A stretch of DNA of 64,000 nucleotides, taken from positions 384,001 through 448,000 of the forward strand of contig JAYFMW010000003.1 of assembly GCA_042408215.1 (NCBI GenBank). Reading direction: 5' to 3'. Shown in pieces: positions 41,106-51,693 of this stretch. The translations under genes and the position numbers were made by a program. Each line of letters opens with the position of its first letter. The stretch's first letter is position 1. This DNA comes from Microcoleus sp. (GTDB lineage Bacteria > Cyanobacteriota > Cyanobacteriia > Cyanobacteriales > Microcoleaceae). Under the pieces are notes generated by a model. That model searched no databases and was not told the origin of the DNA. It saw only the letters and a program-made list of their open reading frames with translations.

Positions 41106-42529
41106 GTATTGTAAAACTTCATTGAGTCTATAAGCAATTATAAACAATAATGGTATTATATTGTTGTGAGTGTTGAATAAGGAATACGCATAGCCCAAAA
41201 AACGCAAGTCTCAAATGCAACTAACAGAGAGGCACATCATTAAATCAACGGAACACCGTTTCGCCCAAATAGACGAGCTAGCTTTCAAGTCCAAAAACCT
41301 CTACAATGCCGCCAATTACGCCATTCGTCAGAGTTTTATTTATGGGTGGGGCTATGTCAATTACAACGAAATGAACCGATTGATGAAGTCTCACGAAGCA
41401 TATAAGGCGATGCCAGCTAAGGTAAGTCAGCAAATCTTGATGGTGCTAGACAAGAATTGGAAATCGTTTTTTGAGGCCGTTAAAGCTTACAAAGCTGACT
41501 CTTCAAAATTCACGGGTAGCCCAAAATTGCCAAAGTACAAAGATAAGACTAAAGGGCGAAATCTTCTCGTCTACACGATTCAAGCAATTAGCAGCAAACA
41601 GTTGAAGAAAGGAATCATTAAACTTTCCGGCACTGAACTTTCAATTAAAACCCAGGTCAATCCCAACCAGATTTGTCAGGTTAGACTGGTTCCGAAATGT
41701 GATTCCTATGTAATTGAGGTGATTTATGATGCTTGTACTGAGCGTAGTCGAAGTGAACCGGAGTCCACCCTTGGCAATGCCAGCTCTGTAGCTAGTATTG
41801 ATTTGGGACTGGATAATTTAGTGGCGTTAACTTCAAATCAGCCGGGATTTATCCCTTTGTTGATTAACGGGCGACCATTAAAATCGATTAACCAGTTCTA
41901 TAACAAACGCAAATCCCGATTACAATCCCAGTTAAAAGGGAATCGTCAAACCTCACCCAGGATTCAGCGATTAACTCGCTGTCGCAATCAGAAAGTTGAT
42001 AATTACTTGCATCATGCTAGTCGTGTGATTGTTGCGATTTTAAATACAAAACAAATTGGGACGCTAGTAATTGGCAAGAATGCACAGTGGAAAACTGAAA
42101 TTGATCTAGGGAAGCAAACCAACCAAAACTTTGTTAGTATTCCTCACTCTCGATTAATTGAAATGTTGGAGTACAAAGCTCGGTTGGTGGGAATCACAGT
42201 AATTGTGCAGGAAGAATCCTACACATCGCGGGCCAACTTCGTGGGTCTAGACCCAATCCCTGTCTACGGGAAAACAGAAAAAGAGCCAATGTTTACTGGT
42301 AAGCGTATTAAGCGAGGTTTGTACAAAACATCGACTGGTCAGTTAATTAATTCTGATATCAACGCTTCGTACAACATCCTCTCAAAAGCAATCCCAAATG
42401 CCTTCAGCGATGGGATAGGTCGTGGGCGTAGTTCAGCCGAGGCGGGTTAATCCGCTCAAAGTAAAAGTGAAGGGGGAGGGACTTGAAGCCTCCCATGCCT
42501 ATAAATGACTATACTTTTACCAGCTATTT
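41106..42529 (+). mobile_element. tnpB-only IS element
   Basis: Ends GTATTGTAAAACTT and GACTATACTTTTACCAGCTATTT shared with the related copy at 53036-54448. Confidence 0.8.
41215..42450 (+). CDS. tnpB: TnpB with 8-aa in-frame insertion
   Basis: SIDLG, QEESYTSR, NSDINASYNI; ACTERSRS absent from the paralog. Confidence 0.9.
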   Translation: MQLTERHIIKSTEHRFAQIDELAFKSKNLYNAANYAIRQSFIYGWGYVNYNEMNRLMKSHEAYKAMPAKVSQQILMVLDKNWKSFFEAVKAYKADSSKFTGSPKLPKYKDKTKGRNLLVYTIQAISSKQLKKGIIKLSGTELSIKTQVNPNQICQVRLVPKCDSYVIEVIYDACTERSRSEPESTLGNASSVASIDLGLDNLVALTSNQPGFIPLLINGRPLKSINQFYNKRKSRLQSQLKGNRQTSPRIQRLTRCRNQKVDNYLHHASRVIVAILNTKQIGTLVIGKNAQWKTEIDLGKQTNQNFVSIPHSRLIEMLEYKARLVGITVIVQEESYTSRANFVGLDPIPVYGKTEKEPMFTGKRIKRGLYKTSTGQLINSDINASYNILSKAIPNAFSDGIGRGRSSAEAG

Positions 42530-42810
42530 AGTAGTATTTGATGGTGGTTTGCAGAGGTGCTTGGGGGCGATCGGCTCAGCGGCACGTTGCGAAAGTAGTG
42601 TATCACTTTTTTTTAACTATTTAAGTAGTTACGTAAACATCAAGACAGTTGACCAAAAAACGAGACGCAAGCCCCGGGCTAACGACGTGGGGACTCGGCA
42701 GCGGTTTCAACACATTCGACTACGCTCTGTTACCGCCGCCTTGAATATTTAACAAAGCTTAATGTAAAACCAGCACAGTATACAACTTTTTTCTGTTGTA
42801 TAACAGTAGC

Positions 42811-43205
42811 ATGGATATTAAATACAAGTCAAACAAAAATATTACGTACTCTTGCAAATACCAGATCGTGTGGTCTCCCAAGTACCGTCGCAAGGTTTTG
42901 ATTGAAGGCGCCGATATTCGCCTGAAGGAGATATTGCTAGAGATTGCAACTGAGTTTAAAAGTGAATTAATTGAAATGGAAGTAATGCCAGATCATGTCC
43001 ACCTTTTGGTCGAATGCGATCCTCAATTTGGGATCGCAAAACTCATTCGGTACATGAAAGGACGCTCATCTCGATATCTCCGCCAAGAATTCCCTTGGCT
43101 GAAAAGTCGATTGCCAACACTCTGGACTAATAGCTACTTTATTTCGACTGTTGGTGGTGCATTTCAGTGGTCAAGCAGTATATCGAGAATCAAAAAAATG
43201 TCTAG
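42811..43205 (+). pseudogene. tnpA: IS200-type Y1 transposase, frameshifted before the catalytic Tyr
   Basis: WSPKYRR, PDHVHLL (HUH), LWTNSYF; KQYIENQKNV lies out of frame after GGA. Confidence 0.88.
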
Positions 43206-43206
43206 C

Positions 43207-44554
43207 TATGGTTGTCAGCAAAATTTAATCAACCCAGATCAATCTTTAGAAAACGTTTTAGAGTTGGTCTGTGAAGAATCAAATAAGCTTGCTAATTGCG
43301 GGATTTACTATTCTCGGCAGTTGTATTTTAAGACGGGCCAGATCCCAAGTAGATTCGATCTACACAGGTTGATGAAAGACAATCTTCATTTTAAAGCACT
43401 TTATTCTCACGTAGCTCAGCAAACCTTAACTGGTGTTGCAGAATCTTTTAAATCTTACATTGGGCTACTTAAGGGTATTAGCAGTGGAACAGTAACACAA
43501 CATCCTAGATTGCCTGGATATCGCAAAAACAGCCTAAAACTTGCGACTTTCCCGAAGACGGATGTCAAATTGAAAAATGGACAACTACGATTCCCTTTGG
43601 GTGGTAAGGTTAAACTATGGTTTGGAATTGGTGAGTTTTATTTACCAATGCCGTCAAATTTGGAATATAGCAAGATTAGAGAAATTCGGTTATTACCCAG
43701 AAATGGTCAATTTTATAGCGGTTCTCAAAAAAGTGAGGTATGCCCACGGAACCCTATGCCCTATGCCCCATGCCCCATGCCCTATGCCCAGTCGTACCTC
43801 ATCTTTCTGAGAAAGGCTATATGTTGAATTTGTTTATAAGGTTGAATCGGTAAAGGTTGATTTAGATGTCTGTCGAGCATTGGGAATCGATCCTGGATTA
43901 AATAATTGGTTAACTTGTGTTTCAAATGTTGGCACATCGTTGATTGTGGATGGATTACATTTAAAATCTTTGAACCAGTGGTACAACAAGCAGGTTTCAA
44001 CAATTAAAGAAAACAAGCCTCAAAGTTTTTGGTCTAATCGATTGGCGGAAATTACGGAAAAAAGAAACAGGCAAGTTAGAGATGCTGTTAACAAAACAGC
44101 TCGGTTAGTATTGAATCATTGTCTTGAAAATAAGATTGGTACAGTCGTATTTGGCTGGAATAAAGAGATGCGCCAAGGAATCAATCTTGGCGGTCAAACA
44201 AATCAAAGTTTTGTGCAAATCCCCACGGCTAGACTGAAAGATAGAATTTCTCAACTTGTTGAGCAGCATGGAGTTCGGTTTGTTGAAACTGAAGAAAGTT
44301 ATACAAGCAAGGCAAGTTTTTTAGATTCAGATGAACTACCTACGTTCGGTGAAAAAACTGAAGGGTGGAAAGAATCTGGAAAGCGTGTAAATCGCGGATT
44401 ATATCGTTCAAAAAATGGAGTCAAAATAAATGCAGATTGTAACGGGGCTGCAAATATTTTGCGAAAAGTAGCGGCAACTTTAGGGCTATGCCTAGAAGAA
44501 GTCAGTAGGGGCGCTTTGATTTCGCCTTTAAAGGTTCGTATTTGGACTCTTTAA
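43207..44554 (+). pseudogene. tnpB: TnpB interrupted by a MITE
   Basis: GQFY/VEFVY split by 106-bp insertion; GIDPG, EESYTSK, NADCNGAANI. Confidence 0.88.
43716..43819. mobile_element. MITE with TA duplication and internal heptamers
   Basis: TAGCGGTTCTCAAAAAAGTGAGGTA / TACCTCATCTTTCTGAGAAAGGCTA imperfect TIRs, TA on both sides. Confidence 0.8.
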
Positions 44555-44722
44555 GCATCCCCGTCCCGGAGCGGGCTGGGGAGTATCAAAAATTAGCAAT
44601 TTTGTGTATTCCAAAATCGCGGTCAATTAAAAAAATCTCCGACCTCAGCCAGCTAGCACTGTAGGTCGGAGGAGCACTCTATCACACCCGTCATCGCGGG
44701 AATAGGTGAATTTTGATAGAGA

Positions 44723-45505
44723 TTACATTTTATTCAGCTGCGATCGCAACTCTTCCAACTCAGCATCCACAACCGTACCTGACCCCGATGTAGCAGCAGC
44801 AGTTTTACCCGATGCCGGCAATTGAGGTTGAGACACAGAGCCTCCGGCCAGTTGGGCTTTCATCTGAGCCAACTCGTCATCCACATCCCCGCCACCTTCT
44901 AGCAAGCGGAACTGTTCTTCCAAATTGCTGCCGCCGGCGGCCAGTTCTGCCGAAGCCCCCGCGCGAGCTTCAATCTGCAAAACTTTTTCTTCCATGCGAT
45001 CGAAAGCCGCCATTGAACTGCCAGTATTCAGGGAGCCAATGGTGTTGTTGAGCTGTTCCTGAGCCTTAGCAGCGGATATCCTGGCTTTGAGCATATCCTT
45101 TTTCGTCTTAGCTTCAGAAATCTTGCTCTCCAAACCGATCAAGTTGCGCTTGAGACTTTCCACCTGAGTCGATTGCTGCTCCAGACTCGCTTTCAGAGTA
45201 GCAGCAGTTTCGGCGTGAGACTTTTTACGCACCAGCGCTTCCCTAGCCAAAGTCTCGTCCCCTTTTTGCAAAGCAAGCTGAGCGCGCTGTTGCCACTGGT
45301 TCGACTGAGACTCAGCTTGATTGTACTGGGTCTGGGTGCGCTTTTGAGCGGCGATCGCGCTAGCAACTGCCTGACGCAACTGCACCAGGTCTTCCTGCAT
45401 ATCCGTCACGGACTGTTCTAAAATCTTTTCTGGGTCTTCAGCTTTGTTGACCAGATCGTTAAGATTGGCTCTGACGACTCGGCTAATGCGATCGAATAAT
45501 CCCAT
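44723..45505 (-). CDS. vipp1: PspA/IM30 family protein with C-terminal extension (Vipp1-like)
   Basis: MGLFDRISRVVRAN, AEDPEKILEQ, AFDRMEEKV; extra helix VDAELEELRSQL. Confidence 0.88.
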   Translation of the reverse strand: MGLFDRISRVVRANLNDLVNKAEDPEKILEQSVTDMQEDLVQLRQAVASAIAAQKRTQTQYNQAESQSNQWQQRAQLALQKGDETLAREALVRKKSHAETAATLKASLEQQSTQVESLKRNLIGLESKISEAKTKKDMLKARISAAKAQEQLNNTIGSLNTGSSMAAFDRMEEKVLQIEARAGASAELAAGGSNLEEQFRLLEGGGDVDDELAQMKAQLAGGSVSQPQLPASGKTAAATSGSGTVVDAELEELRSQLNKM

Positions 45506-45702
45506 AATCCTATTTTTCCTTGGTGAGGTGTACTCTTGTCAGCGGAAAGCAGGCTTTAGATGCTAGCCCGCCGTTGTGAAATTCAGTTGGTCAGATTTTT
45601 AGTGCGATCGGGCCTGAGGTAAATTTTGCAAACATATAAATCCAGTTTAAAACGATCGAGTTAAGTCCTGCGGGAAGCTTATTCAAGCTCTATCTATTGA
45701 GT

Positions 45703-47100
45703 GTGAACTACTCACCGCTAACCTGGAGTACCAGGTATAGCGAGAGCTTCTGTACTCACAGGCGAGTGCCTCAAGACAGACTTGCGTCCCCATGAAGGTC
45801 TTACCTCCCCTCCTACAGCAGAAACGGCTGAACCATCCGTCTTTAGCATTCTGATACCCTCTGCTCTAATATTGATAGCTGCGTTTCCATCTCTGTCGTG
45901 ACGAGTGCCACAATGGGGACAAGTCCATTCACGAACATCCAACGGCATTTCACGGATATGATGAAAACAATTAGAACAGAGTTTAGAACTAGGGAACCAT
46001 CTATCTATCTCGACTAACTTCGCGCCTTTTCGTTCTAGTTTGTAAGCTAAGAAATTAGTGAATGTTCCCCATCCACAATCAGAAATTGATGAAGCCAAAT
46101 TGTGATTACGAACCATGCCTTTGACATAAAGATTTTCTACTATGACCGCTTGGCTATCGCTGACCAACTTATGACTAAGTTTATGTAGAAAATCTTGCCG
46201 TGAATTACTAACTCGTTCGTACACTTTAGCAACAACTTTACGATCTTTATTTCTGGATTTACTCCCCTTTTGTTTACGGGCTAATTTCTTTGGCTTACGC
46301 TTGAGGTTTTTCTCATGTTTGGCCAAGTGTTTAGGATTGTCATATTGAGAGACCTTTGTGCCATCAGTAACAACTGCAAAGTGTTTGATTCCTAAGTCAA
46401 TACCAGAGATTTTACCTTCTGAAACAGTAGGGTTTTCCCCTTCAACTTCGGTCAATATAGATGCCAAATATTTCCCGGTCGGCATTTTATTGACGGTGAC
46501 AGTCTTGACTTTTCCCTCAATTTGTCGATGTATTTTGGCTTTAACTATCCCGAGCTTACCGGGAAGCTTTACACTGCCCTCTACTTTGACATTTTGAGGG
46601 TATTGAATTGACTGTTTGCCATGTTTAGATTTAAACTTAGGGAAGCCTGCACGTCGAGCAAAAAAGTTTTTGTAAGCCGTGGTTAAATTAAGTGTTGTAG
46701 CTTGTAAAACCTGACTGTAACAATTAGCCAGCCACAGCGTATCTTCGGCTTTTTTGAGCTTGGGCAATAGCGCGTTGAGTGCTACCTGTCCCAGTCCTTT
46801 CCCCGTATCTTTATAAACCTCAATGGATTTATTTAAGGCATAATTCCACCACCAACGCGAACATCCAAATGTTTGGGCTAGTAGTGCTTCTTGCCATGCA
46901 GTTGGATACAGACGGACTTGTACAGCTTGATGGAGCATCTAATATCACTTCCTTGTCCCAACATCTTACTACATACTACCAAAAACAGTAAAGACAATCT
47001 GAAAGATTTGGTCAACTCCGTACCTACCTACGTTGACGGGCCTCTCATCCTACCGCTCACCTGGGTACAGGTAGAGCGGGGGACTTCCCGGCGGTGTAAG
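45703..47100 (-). mobile_element. IS200/IS605-family tnpB-only element
   Basis: Left end CTTAC..GGGAAGTCCCCC..GGATGAGAGG; right end GAGTAGTTCAC. Confidence 0.82.
45718..46938 (-). CDS. tnpB: TnpB
   Basis: VRLYPT HTH, GIDLG, VENL, CSNC/CPHC zinc finger, DRDGNAA. Confidence 0.93.
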   Translation of the reverse strand: MLHQAVQVRLYPTAWQEALLAQTFGCSRWWWNYALNKSIEVYKDTGKGLGQVALNALLPKLKKAEDTLWLANCYSQVLQATTLNLTTAYKNFFARRAGFPKFKSKHGKQSIQYPQNVKVEGSVKLPGKLGIVKAKIHRQIEGKVKTVTVNKMPTGKYLASILTEVEGENPTVSEGKISGIDLGIKHFAVVTDGTKVSQYDNPKHLAKHEKNLKRKPKKLARKQKGSKSRNKDRKVVAKVYERVSNSRQDFLHKLSHKLVSDSQAVIVENLYVKGMVRNHNLASSISDCGWGTFTNFLAYKLERKGAKLVEIDRWFPSSKLCSNCFHHIREMPLDVREWTCPHCGTRHDRDGNAAINIRAEGIRMLKTDGSAVSAVGGEVRPSWGRKSVLRHSPVSTEALAIPGTPG

Positions 47101-47202
47101 TTAACTTCGATCCGGGAATTCCCCAACACCCTTCCGGTCATTTCTAGCTACCATATTCAGGAATTTTTGAACAGAAAAAACTATTGCGATCGTACCTTGA
47201 CT

Positions 47203-47907
47203 TCAGGATGCGGGCGGCTCACCCGACGGCAACTTGGGCCTATTATTACCCGGAAGCATTTGTGCTTTCATCGCCGCCAACTCCGCATCGACATCGCCAG
47301 CACCTTCGAGAGACAGAAACTGCTTTTCTAAATCGCTAGTACCGAGTTCTGCAATTGCCTCGGAGCGAGCTTCTAGCTGCATGACTTTCTCTTCCATCCG
47401 TTCAAATGCGCTCAAAGCGCTGCCGGTATTGAGATTGCCCATCATTTCCTGAAGTCTTTCTGATGCTTGTGCCGATCGAGCCCGAGCAATATACATATCC
47501 TTTTTAGACTTGGCCTCAGAAATTTTACTTTCCAGCGCCCGCATATTTTCTTTAAGTTGAGTCACAACCACATTCTGCTGTTGTAACTGGCCTTTCATCG
47601 CTGTCGCCGTTTCTTGATAAGACTTCTTGCGCGTCAAAGCTTCCCGCGCCAAATTTTCCTCACCTTTTTGTAGGGCTAGCTGTGCCCGTTGATACCATTC
47701 AGCAGCAGTAGACTCAGCTTGGGAACACTGGCGTTCGGTGCGTTTTTGAGCAGCAATCGCCCCTGCTACAGCCTGTCTGAGCTGCACTAAATCCTCCTGC
47801 ATATCCATCACAGCCTGTTCCAGAATCTTTTCTGGATCTTCTGCCGTGCCTACCAAACTGTTAATATTGGCTCGAATCATTCGCCAAATGCGATCGAATA
47901 GTCCCAT
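47203..47907 (-). CDS. pspA: PspA/IM30 family protein
   Basis: MGLFDRIWRMIRAN, AEDPEKILEQ, AFERMEEKV; lacks the Vipp1 terminal helix. Confidence 0.85.
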   Translation of the reverse strand: MGLFDRIWRMIRANINSLVGTAEDPEKILEQAVMDMQEDLVQLRQAVAGAIAAQKRTERQCSQAESTAAEWYQRAQLALQKGEENLAREALTRKKSYQETATAMKGQLQQQNVVVTQLKENMRALESKISEAKSKKDMYIARARSAQASERLQEMMGNLNTGSALSAFERMEEKVMQLEARSEAIAELGTSDLEKQFLSLEGAGDVDAELAAMKAQMLPGNNRPKLPSGEPPAS

Positions 47908-47925
47908 CTTACCCTTCTCCCGATT

Positions 47926-49215
47926 GTAAACTACCCCACCCATAGAATGCGCGGGCTTTCAGTAGCCCCGATCTGGTCTGCAATGCTGCCAAACAATACC
48001 GAACCTCCGAGCGGATTTACTGCCGCTCCAAGAACAGAAATATTCATCGCACCATTCAAATCTGAATCACCATGCCAGCCACAATGCCCAGATTTAAAAC
48101 TCTTGCCACTTCTGTAGGATTTACCCCTAACAGGATGGATATGGTTACATTTGTGGCACATCTGAGAAGTATCAGCAGGATTAACTTTAACCAGTTTTAC
48201 CCCAGCTTGAATTGCTTTGTATTCAAGGAAGATTCGCAACTGATAGAAAGCCCAAGAATTAGAACGTCTGCGCTCAGTCTTGTTTCTTTGCTCTTGATTA
48301 CTCCGAGATCTAATCCCTGTCAATTCCTCAATTGCAATAACTTTACCCTCAGATTTAGCCTGATTAACGGTGCGACTAATGTTGTGGTTAAGCCACGATT
48401 GATAGCGTCTCTCACGCCCCGACAGCCGTTGCCAGATTTGACGGCATCTACGCCGACCAGACGTGCCTTTCGAGGCTTTTTGTTGCAGAGATACTCTTAC
48501 CTTAGAAAAATTCTCTCTAACCTGTTGAATCCCTTTACCATCCCACTTATCGCCACTGCTAGTAACGGCAAGATCACACCCAAATCAATACCGATGATTC
48601 CATCTTCAAAAGTCGGTTCAGGGGCTTCATCCTTGATTTGAATATGGATGTAGTATCCACGATCGCGATGTTTACACAGCGTTGCAGATGTAGGTTTTCT
48701 CCCTTGGAGCTTGCCTATCTGGTAGCTCCCTAGGTTGATCTTGATATGCTCTCTGCCACCGACAAGGGTCAAACTAGCAGAAAGAGTCTTTTTCTCTAAA
48801 GGCAAATATCCGAGCATCATAATCAGCACTGATAGGACGAAAGTCTTTAACAGGCTTGTTCTTAAGTTTGGCAGTTTTGCGGTTAGAAGAAACTCTGGCA
48901 ATGGCACGGATGGTCAAGTTGGCAGACAAGTAAAACTGACTTCTAACTTGACTGTAAACCAGGGTTTGAATCCTGACATTATTCACCAGCTTAGGGTCAA
49001 TCCTAGTGTTGATCGAGTTGCAAGCCAAAGCGAAAGCACTCAATGTAGCCTCTATTTTCTGAGACTGTTCTTGAGTGGGTTGAAGCTTGCAAACTATAGT
49101 CAATACTTGTTCCATGCCTACGATTATATCACTAGAATGACTATTTATAGGCGACTAAAGTCGCAGCCACTTTCCTCCCCATGTCGTTAGCCCGGGGATC
49201 AGATCTCGTCCTTTG
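47926..49215 (-). mobile_element. Degenerate tnpB element (multiple frameshifts)
   Basis: Fragments MEQVLTIVCKL, GIDLG, WAFYQLR..CHKC..DSDLNGA; left end resembles that at 42654. Confidence 0.85.
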
Positions 49216-49248
49216 GTGAGTTGAGGATGTCACTTGCCTCTACCTAGT

Positions 49249-50493
49249 TTACGGCTGATAATATTGCGGCTTCACCCCTTTTGCTTGCAGTTCTTTCGCC
49301 AAACGTTCGGCTGATGCAGCATCGTTCAAAGCCCCCATTTGGATCTTGACACCCTTTGAGAAGTTTCGCACGTAAGCATCGGGAACTGCGATTCTGGCTT
49401 GCTGTAGAGATTTTTCGTCCGTGTAATCAACGACAACGTAATAGAAACCATCCGCAGCCCGTGCAGGCCTTCCCAGTGTTGCTGCGGGGGTTCCAGATGT
49501 GGCTGCCGGAGATACTACTGCCGGAGATACTGCTGCCGGAGATACTGCTGCCGGCGGCAAAGTCGAAGATGTTGGAGGCAGAGTCGGCAGAGTCGGCACA
49601 GGCTGTGCAGCGCTGGGGCTGGCGCCCGGAAGCAAAGCTGTGCTGAGATTGTTGAGTCCTTGTTCCCTACCTCTGGCCTTGTTACCATCTTCTGTAGGGA
49701 TGGGAACAGCCCCTGTCTCGGTGGGAATCACGGCCGGAGTTGGCGGGATTGATGCTTTTGGCGACGGGGAAGCGATGGGGCTAGCCGTCGGCTCGACATT
49801 ACTCAGGGTGCTCAAATCCAGTTCGACAAATTCCTTGGAAACCAGATTTGGAGCTTTCGGGAGTTCCTTGTTATTTCCAGTATTTGTGGTGGCCCTACTG
49901 GTGGGACTTTCGGCAACTCCGGGGGCGGAGCTCACGAACAAGCGGTTGAGGCCTGCCATTTTAACTACGCTAGATGGGTGCATCACTGCGTAGCCCAAAG
50001 CTGTGCAGGACAGCAGAAACAGCAGCATCGAACTCAGCCCCAAGGGAGTTAACAGACTGGCGGCTAAACTGCGTTCTTCAGAAAGCTCGGCTGTTGGTTG
50101 ATCCAAACTTTCGATCAGTTTTTCGCTAGATTCGAGATAGTTGTTCGGTGCTCCGGCGCTGCTAGATAATTGTGTTGCTTTGCTGATCCTGGTAGTTGCT
50201 AGTGGGGCATCGCCCGCGCTGCCGGCAAGGGAGAGGGGCAGCCGGATCGATTGCTGAGTCTCCTCTGCGACTGCTGGTAGATTTTGACCTAGCTGTTGGT
50301 CAGTTGTGCCTGTTTGCTTACCAGGGCGAATTGACGGCGATACCCACTGTTCTGCTCGTCGCCTGTGCCTTCTGTATTTCGTCAATTCTGCTTCCAGGTT
50401 TACTTCCAAACACCCCAGCGCAGCTTGCAAAACAGGCTTGATGGGGGTTGAAGACGACTGATTTGGGGATTCAATTGAAGAACGCTTACTCAT
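49249..50493 (-). CDS. Membrane-anchored protein with Pro-rich linker and SPOR-like C-terminal domain
   Basis: One TM helix; C-terminus [23 protein letters not shown]; upstream ORF extension is STRR-derived. Confidence 0.7.
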   Translation of the reverse strand: MSKRSSIESPNQSSSTPIKPVLQAALGCLEVNLEAELTKYRRHRRRAEQWVSPSIRPGKQTGTTDQQLGQNLPAVAEETQQSIRLPLSLAGSAGDAPLATTRISKATQLSSSAGAPNNYLESSEKLIESLDQPTAELSEERSLAASLLTPLGLSSMLLFLLSCTALGYAVMHPSSVVKMAGLNRLFVSSAPGVAESPTSRATTNTGNNKELPKAPNLVSKEFVELDLSTLSNVEPTASPIASPSPKASIPPTPAVIPTETGAVPIPTEDGNKARGREQGLNNLSTALLPGASPSAAQPVPTLPTLPPTSSTLPPAAVSPAAVSPAVVSPAATSGTPAATLGRPARAADGFYYVVVDYTDEKSLQQARIAVPDAYVRNFSKGVKIQMGALNDAASAERLAKELQAKGVKPQYYQP

Positions 50494-50594
50494 TCGCAAA
50501 ACTCCTACTGCCTCTAAGTACATTTTAATATGATTGATTTTGACATACTCCCCCATCAACCTTTCGCTATGACGGGATGCTTGAAAGCAGAATC

Positions 50595-50945
50595 GGGAAG
50601 AAGGAAGAAGGAAGAGGGAAGAAGGAAGAGGGAAGAGGGAAAAAGAAACTATTCCCAATGCCCCATTCCCAATGCCCAATGCCCCATTCCCAATTCCCAA
50701 TGCCCAATTCCCAATGCCCCATTCCCAATGCCCCATTCCCAATTCCCCATTCCCAATTCCCCATTCCCCATTCCCCATTCCCAATTCCCAATGCCCCATT
50801 CCCAATTCCCCATTCCCCATTCCCCATTCCCCATTCCCCATTCCCCATTCCCAATTCCCCATTCCCAATTCCCCATTCCCAATGCCCCATTCCCAATTCC
50901 CCAATTCGCCCACTCAGCGATCTCACAACTATTCCCCTTCCCCAT
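50595..50945 (+). repeat. Composite STRR array
   Basis: GGAAGAA/GGAAGAG heptamers then (CCCCATT/CCCAATT/CCCAATG)n. Confidence 0.95.
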
Positions 50946-51242
50946 TCGGTTGCTAGGCTAGACTATCTTGCGTTTTGGCATCCGGTTCGAGCGCTAATTT
51001 ATAACATCTCATACTCGCTACGCATTTGTCTTTTGTCTTGATCCCTGTCCACTTTATTAACTTTTGACCCGTTTTTTACCTTGAAAATGAGTCGCTACCA
51101 AGCTAATTGTTTCTATATATAACGAAATTATAAATAAATTATAAAGTTCGATCTTCCTCTGGGGATCGCTACAATCCAGACACAATAAGGGCTGGGAGGC
51201 TCTAAAACCTGCTAGCTCACTACAGGAGAATTAGAGAAGAAA

Positions 51243-51566
51243 ATGATAGCCCTAAGAACTTTTATGAATACCTCTTTAACTTCTGCTTGTCGTCATTGTC
51301 GCCACTATACGCCTGAGGGAAGACGCGGCGGGAATTGCCAGCAGCTAAGTGTACCCGTTCAAAGTCACTGGAAAGCTTGTTCTTTGGCGGTTTCTCCCTT
51401 TGGGCCGTCTTGGGAAAATCTAGAAGACCTCTTTGACAGCATACCACTGCGGCAGGAACAGACTTTGACGTTTGCCGAGGCTGCCGTCACTGCTTCTGAG
51501 CGAAATGCCTGGCAGCCTACAGCCACAACCTTCACCGAAACATCCGTTCCAGCAATCTCAGTTTAG
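51243..51566 (+). CDS. Hypothetical Cys-containing cyanobacterial protein
   Basis: CRHCRHYTPEGRRGGNC..WKAC. Confidence 0.7.
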   Translation: MIALRTFMNTSLTSACRHCRHYTPEGRRGGNCQQLSVPVQSHWKACSLAVSPFGPSWENLEDLFDSIPLRQEQTLTFAEAAVTASERNAWQPTATTFTETSVPAISV

Positions 51567-51693
51567 TTGCACGCGCTGCGGGCAAACTAAACTGACATTA
51601 AGGGCGATCGGCTGCATTCTACTTCCTCTACCGATCGTAAATCACAAACATCTGTGACATGAAGCAATCAAAAAAACTTATTCCCTCCTCCAC

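Larger units (their letters stand above)
42654..44589 (+). mobile_element. IS605-type element (tnpA plus tnpB), degenerate
   Basis: TTGAC then left-end CCCCGGGCTAACGACGTGGGG hairpin; right end GGGGAGTATCAA. Confidence 0.82.

Noticed and set aside
50494..51041. ORFs with WELGIGN/PIPNSQF repeats (also 4114-4386 in other frames, 22733-23153)
   Set aside because: Translations of stop-free STRR heptamers
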